A DNA stretch of 64,000 nucleotides from Cetorhinus maximus (lineage: Eukaryota). Positions 1-11,392 of the stretch are shown in pieces. A model generated the notes under the pieces. That model was given only the letters and a program-made list of their open reading frames with translations. It ran no database searches and was not told the origin of the DNA. The translations under genes were made by a program, and so were the position numbers. The DNA lies in the NCBI RefSeq assembly GCF_964194155.1, contig NC_135884.1, positions 11,284,001 through 11,348,000 on the forward strand, written 5' to 3'. Each line of letters begins with the position of its first letter. Within the stretch, counting starts at the first letter, position 1.

Positions 1-265
1 AGGGCTCCCGGGCCTGCCCGCCAACCTTTAAGGTTGGACGGGCAGGTCCTTTAATGAGTTCAATTACTTTTTAAATGGCCTCAATTGGCCATTGACAGGT
101 CGGCGGGCGCACAGCTGATTCGGCTGAGCCCCCGCCGACCCGAAAATTGAAATGAGGCGGGATGACGCCGGGAGTTCTGCTCAACGTCATCCCGCGTCAT
201 TTTACGTGTCGGCGAGAGGGCTCCGCCCCCCCCCCCACCCGCTCGCCGACCTCAGTATCCTGCCC
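1..265. mobile_element. Harbinger-type MITE end (truncated by window)
   Basis: Ends in ATCCTGCCC; internal ggcctcaattggcc and CpG-rich subterminal sequence resemble the other MITE copies. Confidence 0.6.
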
Positions 266-2744
266 CATGAGTCTAGAAATTGTGCTGAGATGCTAAGAGG
301 TGCAGAGAGTTAAGTGTCTGTCAAATACTTTTGCCAACTATTTTAATGGAGACATTACTCCAGTTGAAAAGGATGGGTTAATGCTTCTGAAATGAAAGGT
401 GCAGCCATTTCGAGCAGGCTCAGGGTTCACAAAATAACCAGCGTCATTTCCAAGTTTAGGATTTTACGTCAGTGATGATAAAGTTGCTAAAAAAAAAAAC
501 CCTTTATCAAATGTCGGTTTGTTCTGATGAAAGATCGTTGATCTGAAACATTAACTCCATTTCTCTCTCCACATGCTGAGGTGTTTCTAGCATTTTCTGC
601 TTTCGTTCCTTTATCATATGAGTCTGGCAGCCACTGTTTTACATGGTAAACACTCACTTAATAATGTCTGAGTATTGCAACAGGAGTCACAATTAAGTAG
701 GCAGCCCAAACCTTAAGCCAAATCCTTCAGCTTAATGTCCTGCCCTGGAAACCCAACTCCAATATGCTTCACAGCGCATTATCATTGCTATTCCACTGGA
801 CACTCAAGAATGTAACATTAAGCATCTCACTTGATGTCAACATTATCTCCATGTTTAGAAGTGACACTGAAAGGGTGTAGTGTGTTGGTGTAGCGATGCA
901 CACTGACACCACAGAAAATATAGGAATTTCAGGACCACCAAGGTCCACCTAGTTTGGCTTCTACCATCCTGGTAGTTGCATGATGCAATGATAATGAAGT
1001 TAGTCATTAATCATAGTAACCAATCTATCAATTGGTCTACAAGAGACCTCGACAAGATGCAATGAAAATCGCCAGTGATAGAGAGTTTTGGGAACCATAG
1101 GACCAAAGCCACTGGTTCCTCCAAAGCACACTACACTGGCCAAACGTCACATCTCAAATTGCTGTATCCCAAGAACATTATGGTGTGGTTAACACCAACA
1201 GCTCCTCACAGGGAAAGTTCCTGATTCACAGGGTTTATGACTTAGGCAGCGGAGATGGAGAGGAAACAGACAATTTGTCCCAGGTCATTCTCGTAGAAGT
1301 CCGGAAGTGGAACAACTTAACCAGCCTGACGCGGGAGTGACACGCATGGAAGGGAAAGTGGGGAGGGGGGAATGGAAAACAAATAACACAATAATCGAAC
1401 CACAGACCGAGAAACCAAAAACTCCATCTAGTTTCTCCCAATTGGGCTGTAACAATTCTGAGGGTCTGTCTGTGAATTCTGTGGAGGGCGGTGTGAGCTT
1501 TGCAAATCGCCTGTCTCATGAACACAAGAGTGGTCATAGGAGTCAAACACTTGCACAGGGACATAAGAACATGCCATTCAGTCCCTCAAACTTGCTTCTT
1601 CAATCAGTTAGATCAAAGTTGATCAGCTTGGTTTGATACATGATTTTAAAGAATGTATTACCTCATTTTTAAAGTCTACAAAAAGACATCTCATGAACGT
1701 ATAATAAAGGGATATACAGCATCAAGTCTCCATGTGAACAGGGTGTTCAGACAGCCAAACACTCATGTCTAATTTACCTCTAGTAGCAGCTAATCAAATT
1801 GCTCCACTTGATTACAGGACCATAAACAACATCGTAAAAAATAAATCTATTTTCATAAAGGTAATTATTTTTTGTTTGGAATATATTGCAAGAGTTATGA
1901 AAGATATATTTATACAGCAGTAGAGCGACACAACATCACGACATAGGTCACACTTAAGAAACAGTATATTCTATAAGTCTACAGTTCAATGTATCTGGTT
2001 TTTGTGTGTATCACAAGAGCACAGGAACAGGAGCAGGGGCCAAGCCAATCAGACCCTGCAGCCCGCCCTGGCATCGAAAGAGATCGTGGTGGATCCCCAT
2101 CAGGATCAGGACCATCAGTGCCGAGGGAATGGGACACTTTGCATTTCAGGCACCTCCCCAATGTCGTCGCCAGTCACTCCTCGTTCCTTCAACCCCGCTT
2201 TAACGAGGCCCCTCAATACCGCCCCTCAAAATGGGCGTCCCTCCGTGGTCCATCCCCCACACCAGTCACGGTGGAGCCTCTTCCGAGTGAGATCGCAATG
2301 TAGTGATATGAGACGAGCTTGGCTCAGTTAATAGCGTTCCACACTTCGGGATCAACAGGGGGAGTTTCCACCTCCGACCAAGTCTTGAGTGTGTAGTTTA
2401 GAATGATTCAACAGTACAGTAACAAACGTGGCGTTGCATTCTTGGAGGTACTGGCCTTTTAGGTACCAAATGAAGATCCCTCTGCTTGTTCAGATGGATG
2501 TTAAAGCTGCCATCGCATGATTTGAAGAACAATGAACTGTCCAATGCCCCTGCCCAGCACCCACCCCTCTCCACCCCACTCACTCACGAACTCCACCAGA
2601 AAACTAGGCTCATCCACAACTGATCTTGTTGCTGTTAATGAAAAGCCGCTGGCTCGTTTGCTAATGAAGGCAACAGTCACCGTATTCCAGCGGGAATTAA
2701 CTTGGGTCGATTTTCATGTGGCCAAGTTGGCGATAGGATCAGAG

Positions 2745-2874
2745 GGGCGGAATTTTACGGCCCCTCCCACCAGCGGGATTTTAAAGGTCCCGCTTAAGTC
2801 CATGGATTTTGAATGGCTCGCCGCCCTTTTACAGCCCCACCCACGGCCGCCTCAGGACCGTAAAATTCCAGCCC
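2745..2874. mobile_element. ~130-bp Harbinger-type MITE
   Basis: TIR GGGCGGAATTTTACGG / CCGTAAAATTCCAGCCC; similar internal sequence at 20844-20971 and 42149-42277. Confidence 0.7.
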
Positions 2875-3777
2875 ATAGGATGGGTGCACAGAAGGAGGCC
2901 ATTTGGCCCATCGCGTCCGTGCTGGCTGTCTGCGAGAGCAGCTCAGCTAGTCCCGCTCCCCCCGCACCCGTGACCCCTCCTCGCCCCCTCCCCCTCCCCT
3001 CACCCCCCCTCCACCATCTTTTCCCCGTAACCCTGCAACTTTATTCTCTTCAGATAATTATCCATTTCCCCTTTGAAAGCCTTGACTGAATCTGCCTCCA
3101 CCACACTTCTCAGGCGGCGCAGTCCAGATCCTGGCCACTCGCCACGTGAAAAATGCTCTTTCCTCACGTCGTTGCTCGGACTTCCTTTAGCCAATCAGAA
3201 GCAGCGATGCCCCGAAAAGGGGATCCATAGGTTTACCGCCTCATTATCGCTGGCGCTCCCAGCTGCAGCCATCTTTAAACATCGAAGCATCCACCTTTTT
3301 GAGGAACGGGGCTTCTTATTACATGCCTGTCGGGGTCTAAAGGCGTACAAGGGACACGCATTGCCATTTTAGGACAGAATTGAGCAACGGTTTGAGCCAC
3401 GCCTGTTCTTTTTTATTCATTCACGGGGATGTGGGCGTCGCTGGCCGGGCCCAGCATTTATTGCCCATCCCTAGTTGCCCCCTTGAGAAGATGGAGGTGA
3501 ACTGCCTTCTTGAACCACTGCAGCCCATGTGGTGTAGGTACACCCACAGGATTTTGGCCCAGCGACAGTGAAGGAACGGCCGATATATTTCCAAGTCAGG
3601 GTGGTGAGCGGCTTGGAGGGGAACTTGCAGGTGGTGGTGTTCCCACGTATCTGCTGCCCTTTGTCCGACGGCACAGGCAAAAGAGGCCCTAGGGAGAGGG
3701 GACAATTAGAATCATGTTGGTGGGGGGCCAGGAGCAGGAGTGCTCCCTCCAGACCCCCACAAAAATAATGATACAAT

Positions 3778-4624
3778 AGGCCAGGGTTTTTAGAAAGGCA
3801 GGGTTTCCCTTCCCACCATCTGAAGTGTTGGCGGAGAACACGTCCTTGCCGATACTGCCTGCCCAATAGCCACTTGGCGCTACAACGAGTGTTAACTGGC
3901 TTTGGGCAGGACTTCTGCCTCACTCGGAAGGGAGTCCCGCCTCAGAGGGCTGCTGGCTAATCTGATTGGCTGGAAGCTCTCTAGTCCCTGCAGCGCCAGA
4001 AGCTGTAGTGGACAGGACGGGGACTGCATGCAGGCCCCGGAGCCTAAGTCCCAGGGTCCAGGACCAGCTAAATGGGGTGGGGGTGGGGATGGGAGGGGAG
4101 GTGAGGCCCAAGGGGGTGAGCGGAGGAGGGTGGGGATGTTGGTGGAGAATCCGGGAGGGAGGAGGAGGAGGGAGGATCTGGAGGGGCCGGACATTGGTGG
4201 GGGAGGGGTGCGTGGGGAGCGCCCAATGTTAAAAGAAGGCTGCTGAAAATGGCACCTCCCCCCCCCCCCCCCCCCCCCCACCTCCCCCTTCCCCTTCCCA
4301 CCCAAGGTCTGAACACCAGCCCTTTTCGAGATTCCCGCTGACCCTGAACCCTTCCCGCCAGCCTGAAAACTGAGGCTGGGCAGGAGACGGCCGATAAGCG
4401 GTCAATAATTGACCACTTAAGGGCCTCAATTAGGGGAAGGGCAGGCAGGGCGGCCTAGGCCTCGCCATCCCAGCATAAAATTGCGGCGAGGTCACGGGTG
4501 TGGGCGGGAGCCCGGTGGGGGGGCCGTCTGAAAGATTTTACAGTCAGCCCCTCCCACCCCCGCTCCCGCTCCCGTCCCCCCCACCACCCACAACCCACCG
4601 GCAGGGGCCCGTAACACTCTGCCC
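3778..4624. mobile_element. ~850-bp Harbinger-type non-autonomous element
   Basis: Degenerate GGGC-type termini; shares internal blocks (ggagtccc..ctgattggc..gtccc..agcgcc; ccacttaagggcctcaat) with 29294-30123. Confidence 0.6.
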
Positions 4625-5489
4625 AAAAAATAAGTTTATTCCTGCCCCTCTGCTACCTTAAAACCACAACACTCCCGCCCACCCTGCCCCCTCCTAGCTG
4701 TGGGCTTGGGCAACGGCAACAACAATTTCCATTTATATAGCACCTTTTGACAAAACAAAACTTCCTAAGCACAGTGTCACGCCGGTCCGAATCCAGCAAG
4801 CCCCCAATGGGGAGATGCCTGCGGCTCGCTGATTCCGTTTAAATATGAGGGTTCGGGCCTAGTAAAAAGGCTTCAGCCTCTTCAGCCCCTTCCCTGAGGC
4901 CCGGTGGAGTGGTGAAGCCTACGCGTCCTGACCAAGGGTGAAAATCTCCCCCCGACTGTGTGACATTCTGGTGTCAGAGAAGGCTTTATACGAAGGTGAG
5001 TCTGTGCATCTTTCTTTTCACAAGATTACAATAGGAACGGGTGCAGGCCATTCAGCCCCTTGAGCCTAGTCTGCCATTTAAGTGGATCAAGGCTGATATC
5101 TAAGTCAATATCCTTTGATAGCAAAAATCTAGCTCTGATCTCGGTTTTAAAATTATTCCGGAAGAATACAATCTTTTTTTTTTAAATCAATAAATTTCTA
5201 AGTTCTTGTCTCCACCATCCCACATAGTCTAAGTGCTGATGACTATCACAAAAACCCACCCTAACACAAGTCGAAGGTTTGCCTCACCCGGGTCTCTTGT
5301 GCTGCTTTCAGGTTGACAAGGAAGCAAGAGTTTTCTTTAAAACGTGACCTCGCCACCCTCGCCGCCCTCGCTGCTGGCTGGACAGCCCAGGATTACTCTC
5401 CAAGGCCTGGCCACTGTTCTGCCGGTTTAGTTTGGTGGGACGTATTCCCCACTGACCCCCGTCGCCCTCCCACCCACCCTTCCACCAAC

Positions 5490-5800
5490 CTGCCACCAAC
5501 CCCTAGTCCTCACCATCACCCCCCCACCACCACCCCCTCCCCAAACTGCCACCAACCCCTAGTCCTCACCATCACCTCCCCACCACCAACCCCTCCCAAA
5601 CCGCCACCAACCCCTAGTCCTCACCATCACCCCCCCACCACCAGCCCCTCCCCAAACCGCCACCAACCCCTAGTCCTCACCATCACCCCCCCACCACCAC
5701 CCCCTCCCCAAACCGCCACCAACCCCTAGTCCTCACCATCACCCCCCCACCACCCCCTCCCCAACCCACCACCAACCCCTAGTCCTCACCATCACCCCCA
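5490..5800. repeat. C-rich minisatellite, ~55-bp unit x6
   Basis: ccaccaacccctagtcctcaccatcacccccc.. recurs at 53-56-bp spacing. Confidence 0.95.
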
Positions 5801-6139
5801 GCGCCTCACCCCCCCACAAGCTAAATCAGGCCTCAAGTGATGTCGTCGGAGCCTGGCCTGCATATTTAAAGTAATTCCTCCCCCACCCCGATTTCCGGCA
5901 GGTGTCCCTCTTACCTCAGCATTGACAGCATTTCCCATACCCACTACCCCCTGGAAAAAGAAGGGCCACATGCAGATGGGGACACCGCCGCCTGTGAGTT
6001 CCCCTCCAGGTCCCATACCAATCCTGGTCTTGGAAATACGCTGCTGTTCCTTCACTCTGCCCCCACCCATGGGTGTACCTACACCACGCAGACTGGAGTG
6101 GCTCGAGAAGGTAGCTCACCATCGCCTTCCCAAGATCAA

Positions 6140-6463
6140 CCCACTATGGTGGCTGGTGGAAATTAAATTCCATCGATAAATCTGGAATATAAAGCTAGTC
6201 TCAGTAATGGTGACCATGACAACTATCATCGATTGTTGTAAAAAGAAAAGAACCATCGGGTTCACTAATGTCCCTTTAGGGAAGGAAATCTGCCATCCTT
6301 ACCTGGTCTGGCCTACATGTGACTCCAGACCCACAGCAATGTGGTTGCCCCTCATGAGTGCCCCTTGAAATGGCCTAACAAGCCACTCAGTTCAAGGGCA
6401 ATTAGGGGATGGGCGGCAAATGCTGGCCTCGCCAGCGACACCCACATCCCATGAAAGAATAAA
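6140..6463 (+). mobile_element. Same SINE family, 5'-truncated
   Basis: Colinear with 9370-9685 and 29007-30270. Confidence 0.72.
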
Positions 6464-7183
6464 AGGGGGGGGGGAAAAAAACACAAGGGGCAGAGATGCC
6501 CGCATCCCACGAATGAATAAAATACACTGCTCAGAGGAGCAGGAAGAAAACAGAATGGGAGCAGCATGAGAGCACGGTCAGTATGGTTAAGTCCCACAGA
6601 TGATTTTCACCGTAGAGCTGGAAGAAGGTTAAGTGGGTTCCTCACAAGTGCATATATAAAGTATTAAGTAGCATCGTTAAAGTGAACACGGAATGACAGT
6701 CAAATGGCCAATGGGACAAAAGGGGCATAAATTTAAATGAGTGACTCATCCATTTGAAGTCAATGCATCAGGAAAAGCAATGTTTACTCGAATGAGTAAT
6801 TACTTAGGCAGACATCTTCCAAGTGAAATAGCGGAGTCCAAGACATTGGGACCATCCAATATGCAACTGGCTACTAGGCCGGTTAGTTTGAATTTTTGGA
6901 CAGACAAGCTTTGATGGGCCAAACTGCTTTTTCCACCCTTGGCTCTTATCCAATGCACTTATCCCCATCACCACAAACATCATCACTGCCAAAGCTGTGG
7001 TGTAGCAATCACTGGTACCGTCAGCTCCCGATGAACCTCGGTTATCTAAATAGATCCCTCTTCCACACCCAGTGCGTAACAATATTACTCATTCCAAAAT
7101 GTATTGGAAAATGAGACTGCTCCAATTTGAAGTGATAGGGCCTTACAGCCCAGGAGCAGGCCATTCAGCCCTTTAAGTCTATA

Positions 7184-7774
7184 CCTGTAACAAAAACAGA
7201 AAATGCTGGAAAAACTCAGCAGGTCTGACAGCGTCTGTGGAGAGAAAGACAGAGTTAACGTTTTGAGTCCGTATGACTCTTTGTCAGAGCTACAGAGAAG
7301 GAGAAATGTGATGAAATTTGTACTGTTTAAGGGAGGGGTGGAGCAGGTGAAGTTGGATAGAAGGCCAGCGATAGGCAGAGGCAAAGGAGAGATTGACAAA
7401 GATGTCATGAACAGAAGGACAAAGGGGTGTTCATGATAGTGGTAAGGGCTAAAGGAGGTGCTGATGGTGGCATTAAGGTCAGAAAGCAGAATGCAGCCAG
7501 GACCATTACCATTAACACCCCTCTGTCCTTCTGTTCATGACATGTCAATCTCTCCTTTGCCCCCACCAATCGCTGGTCTTCTGTCTTCCACTCCCCTCAA
7601 ACAGTACAAATTTCATCACATTTTTACTATTCTTTAGCTCTGAAGAAGAGTCATACGGACTCAAAACATTAACTCTGCCTTTCTCTCCACAGATGCTGTT
7701 AGACTTGTTGAGTTCTTCCGGCATTTCCTGTTTTTGTTCCCGATTTCCAGCATCTGCAGTATTTTGCTTTTATC
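7184..7774 (+). mobile_element. Penelope-like inverted-pLTR mini-element
   Basis: ~250-bp inverted arms plus a short unpaired 3' tail; 11-bp TSD TTAAGTCTATA (7173-83, 7775-85); degenerate hammerhead core in each arm. Confidence 0.72.
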
Positions 7775-7961
7775 TTAAGTCTATAGCGGGATTCTTCCTC
7801 CAACTGGTCTAGTCTCACTGTCCTGCTCATCTGTCACGACATCAATATTCCTCCTTTACGAGCATCTTCCCGATTCGCTTTGTCGCTAAGTTTCACCCTG
7901 CATCAAGCACAGTCTGGCAGCTAATTCAACATTCTAACCTGGGTATGGGTAAAGAAATGTT

Positions 7962-7967
7962 TTTATT
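7962..7967 (-). terminator. Candidate ELK1 polyadenylation signal AATAAA
   Basis: First AATAAA I found on the minus strand after about 820 nt of non-repetitive sequence downstream of the stop; followed by a modestly GT-rich stretch, then repeats. Confidence 0.4.
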
Positions 7968-8788
7968 TTATCACGCGCCCCCCCCCCTGCCCACCCCCGT
8001 TTTGAGTTCATGTCTGATTTTCTAGATTGGCGTTCCCTCCCCTGAGCGGTGCAGAATCTTTTGGAATGGATATTAGCAGAGGATGTGCACACACACCCTG
8101 GAACAACAGTGTAAGAACTCCCAGAGAGGCCTCTATCCACACACATACAGGGTCACACAGATCGTATGTATATGGGCACGGCGCACATACGAGGTGGGAG
8201 CTGCGTACTCCTTGCGGTCATCGTAGATGTCGGGAGCTTGAATTCAAACCCCCCCCTCCATTCACCTTAAAGTGCCAGCTCCAACATTATGGTAGCGTAG
8301 AGTTGCCCGATTTAGAGTGCATTTGTACAGGGACAGACACAGGGACACGTGTGCCAGCTGAGAATCAAATATCACGCTCACACTGTAAAGAGTTTTGGCA
8401 GCGCACAATCATTGGCATAACAGCAGTACCAATATTAGTGGGGTGGGGCGTGGGGGCGGGGCCTGAACGGATCGGACATGCGGCACAGGGGTTTAGGTCC
8501 GTTGCAAGACTAATAGAGGGTTAGCTGTCCAGCATGTACCCCAAACCCTGGCCAGCCCGCCCTGCACTGACAGCATCTCTGGGTGACAGGTGGGTCGCGG
8601 CTCTCGAGACGTCGGTCCCTGTGCCAAGAGATTTGTGCTGAAAAGGGAACTGGGGTCTGGAAGGTCGAGTCTGTTCAATCCATCCCGACAGCTCCATCAC
8701 CCCTCCAGGGCCGATTGGATTCGAATGCGTCCGGTCTGGCCTGCGGTTTACAGCTGTAAATATCTCCTCCGGCGTCCCTGAGCTGGGT

Positions 8789-8887
8789 TCACGGTTTCTG
8801 CAGTGCCATTGACGAAAGTACCGGTGTTGACAATCCATCCATGGAGGCGACGGGGATGTGGATCTGTGTGTTGCCCGCTGAAGGAAA
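8789..8887 (-). CDS. ELK1: ELK1 last coding exon (32 aa + stop)
   Basis: Acceptor tcttctctttcag|TTT encodes FPSAGNTQIHIPVASMDGLSTPVLSSMALQKP*, completing the FQFP (DEF) ERK-docking motif across the junction; matches the ELK1-type C-terminus. Confidence 0.95.
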   Translation of the reverse strand, partial: FPSAGNTQIHIPVASMDGLSTPVLSSMALQKP

Positions 8888-9369
8888 CTGAAAGAGAAGA
8901 AGCCATTCATGACGTACTTACGCACACGGACACAGGAGGAGGCCATTCAGCCCTTCAGCCCTGTTCTGTCATTCAGTGAAATCAGGGCTGATCTATTTCT
9001 TAACTCTACCCACTTGGTTCCATAACCCTTTATACCCTTGGTCAGTGATCTCAGATTTAAAGTTGTAAACTTCCGTTTATTATGATGCTATTTTTCTTGT
9101 CCACTTTAGCTTCCCAACCCTCACGCCGCACTCCTCACATCATTAAATGGCCAAGCAATTGGCCTACCCTTGGCCGTCTATCTGAGAGCTGGAAGGTCAA
9201 GTGGTGCATGAAACAATCCCGGACAGAGTTCCTGATCGATTTTCCTTCCTTCCTTGGGGGTTTATGTCCAAACTTGCTGCCTTCCCTTGCTGCAGGATGA
9301 ACTTTTGCTCTTACGTGTTGTGGCAGTGTGTGCCCACAGACACTGAGGCAGTGCCCGTGGGCACACACT

Positions 9370-9685
9370 GGTGGCATAGCTGTGATGTCATCGGTCCAGT
9401 AAATCCAGAAAGTCCAGGCTAATGCTCTGGGGACATGGGTTCAAATCTCAGGGCTTCTAGTGGAATTTAAGTTCAATTAATAAATCTGGGATTTATCACC
9501 AATTCTTGTACCCTCTAGGGAAGGAAATCTGCCATATCTGGTCTGTCTTACATGTGACTCCCAGCAATGTGGTTGACTCTTAACTGCCCTCTGAAATGGC
9601 CTGGTGCCAATCAGTTCAAGGGCAATTAGGGATGGGCAACAAATGCTGGCCTGGCCAGCAATGCCCACCTCCCATGAAAGAATAA
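9370..9685 (+). mobile_element. tRNA-derived SINE sharing its 3' tail with LINE family B
   Basis: ggtggcatag..gggttcaaatc head; core agggaaggaaatctgcc..catgtgactcc; tail caagggcaattagggatgggc..cccatgaaagaataa. Confidence 0.75.
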
Positions 9686-9855
9686 TTTCTGCAAGGTATC
9701 TCTTCATCTCTCAGTTGTAACTTTGGCAGAAACTGGGAAGGAACAGCTGAAATGGCTATTAGCACCGTCTCTCCAAACGACCGCCAATCTTACACAGAGT
9801 TACTCCCAGAGTCCTGTAGAAATTCTACCCTATAGAGTTCAGTGTTCAGCCTTAC

Positions 9856-9957
9856 CTGGAACGAGAGTTTGGCAGGGCTCATTGGGGCTATCGGGCTAAG
9901 TGTGCTCCAGAAGTGAATGGCAGACGGCAAAGCATTTGGTGTCAGTATTATTGGAGT
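9856..9957 (-). CDS. ELK1: ELK1 third coding exon (C-domain transactivation region, 34 aa)
   Basis: Absent from the ORF track; read by hand. ctctttttgacag|ACT...CAG|gtaagg encodes TPIILTPNALPSAIHFWSTLSPIAPMSPAKLSFQ, including the equivalents of the human ELK1 S383/S389 ERK sites. Confidence 0.95.
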
Positions 9958-10352
9958 CTGTCAAAAAGAGAATAAAGGTTATTCGGTAAAATTAAAAACA
10001 GTTGTCATCATGTTTTGGCACCTGTGTCGGCATCTAGCATCCCCACGTCAGGTCTAGGGTAGGCCAGGTGCAGAATAAAGCACCTCCACCTGGCCCCAAC
10101 AAAGATACCTTACCTCGAGGCTACATCAGCATTACATTCCCTTTCACAAACCAGACATCCTCTGCACTCTCTATGACTGCAGGTTCCCCATGTTTATTAC
10201 CTACCTGCCACAATGATAAAAATTATTGGAATGTAGGGAGGGCGACAATCAGTTCTCAAATCTATTCTGCCATTTAATTAGATCATGGCCAAACTATATC
10301 TTAACTCCATCGACCCACCTTGGTTCCATAACACTTAATAACCTTAAATCTA

Positions 10353-10601
10353 GTCGTTTGGTAGTACAGAACTCGAATATTGCTGGAAAAATGCCATTTT
10401 GTTGAAGCTTTTCATCTGGTACTCATCAGGACAATCACAAGAACACCAGTGTCAGAGGAAGCAACAGCTTTATACTGTATGAGAAGGGAGTGCTGATTTT
10501 CACACAGTATCAAGTTGTTTCTTCCCCTGACATCTTGCGACTGTCCTGATGAGTGCAAAACAAAAAGTTTCGACAAAATGGCATTTTTCCAGCAACACTC
10601 A
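10353..10601 (-). mobile_element. Penelope-like palindromic mini-element with hammerhead motifs (ELK1 intron)
   Basis: ~60-70-bp inverted arms; 13-bp TSD AACCTTAAATCTA (10340-52, 10602-14); CTGATGA..GAAA core in the left arm on the minus strand. Confidence 0.75.
10399..10434 (-). ncRNA. Minimal type I hammerhead ribozyme-like motif
   Basis: ttgtc CTGATGA gt-accag-at GAAA agct TC aacaa: intact core, palindromic helix III, 4/5-bp stem I; activity untested. Confidence 0.55.
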
Positions 10602-10973
10602 AACCTTAAATCTATCAATTTCAGAGTTGAAATTTTCAGTTGACCCACACCAGATCCGACAACTTAGAGTTCCAGATTTCCACTTACACCTGTGAAGAAG
10701 TGTTTCCTGACACCGCCCCTGAATGTCCTCGCTCTTATTTTAAGGTTATACCTCCCTTGCTCTGGGGCTGAAATAGTTTCTTCCTAACTTTCTTATCAAA
10801 TCTATTAATCATCTTAAAAGTTACGCCATGGGGGACCGATGTGATCTTCCTTTTCATGAACAATATCTTGCTGTGTAATTGCAGTTAACTTTTGTCTGAA
10901 GACGTCAATTGTCAGAGGGCCGTCCAGTGTGCTGATGGTATCAGCCAGTTGCCGCCCCTGTTCTACTCCTGTT

Positions 10974-11392
10974 GGCTGTGACTTGGTTGGTAGAACACTC
11001 AGTTATGAGTCAGGAGTTTGCGAGTCGAACTAGGATGTAAAATCCAGGCTGACACGCCAGCGCAGTACTGAGGGAGTGCAGCACTGTCTGAGGGGCCGTC
11101 TGCCGGAGGCGACGTTAAACTGAGGGGCCGTCTGCCCTCAGGCAATGGATCCCATTGCACTGTTGCAAAGAAGAGCAGGGCAGTTCTTCCCAGTGTCCTC
11201 ATGATGTTTGTCATTTAACCGATATGACCCAAAACAGATTGTCTGGCTCTTATCATGTTGCCATTTGTGGAGTCTCCCTGTGCGCAAATTGGCCGCTGCA
11301 TTTCTTGTATTACAACAGTGACCACACTTCAAAGGGATTGTATTGGCTGCAAAAACACTTTGGGACATCCTGAAAGATGGTATATAAATGCA
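10974..11392 (+). mobile_element. Deu-domain SINE (SacSINE1/AmnSINE1-like)
   Basis: tRNA-like head, then gacgttaaac..gatccc..aagagcagg..ctgtgcgcaaattggc..ttacaacagtgac..cttcaaa..tatataaatgca, as recalled for DeuSINEs. Confidence 0.75.

Noticed and set aside
1301-1308. Consensus ETS site CCGGAAGT (ELK1 autoregulation?)
   Set aside because: Single 8-mer, near chance expectation, no supporting evidence.
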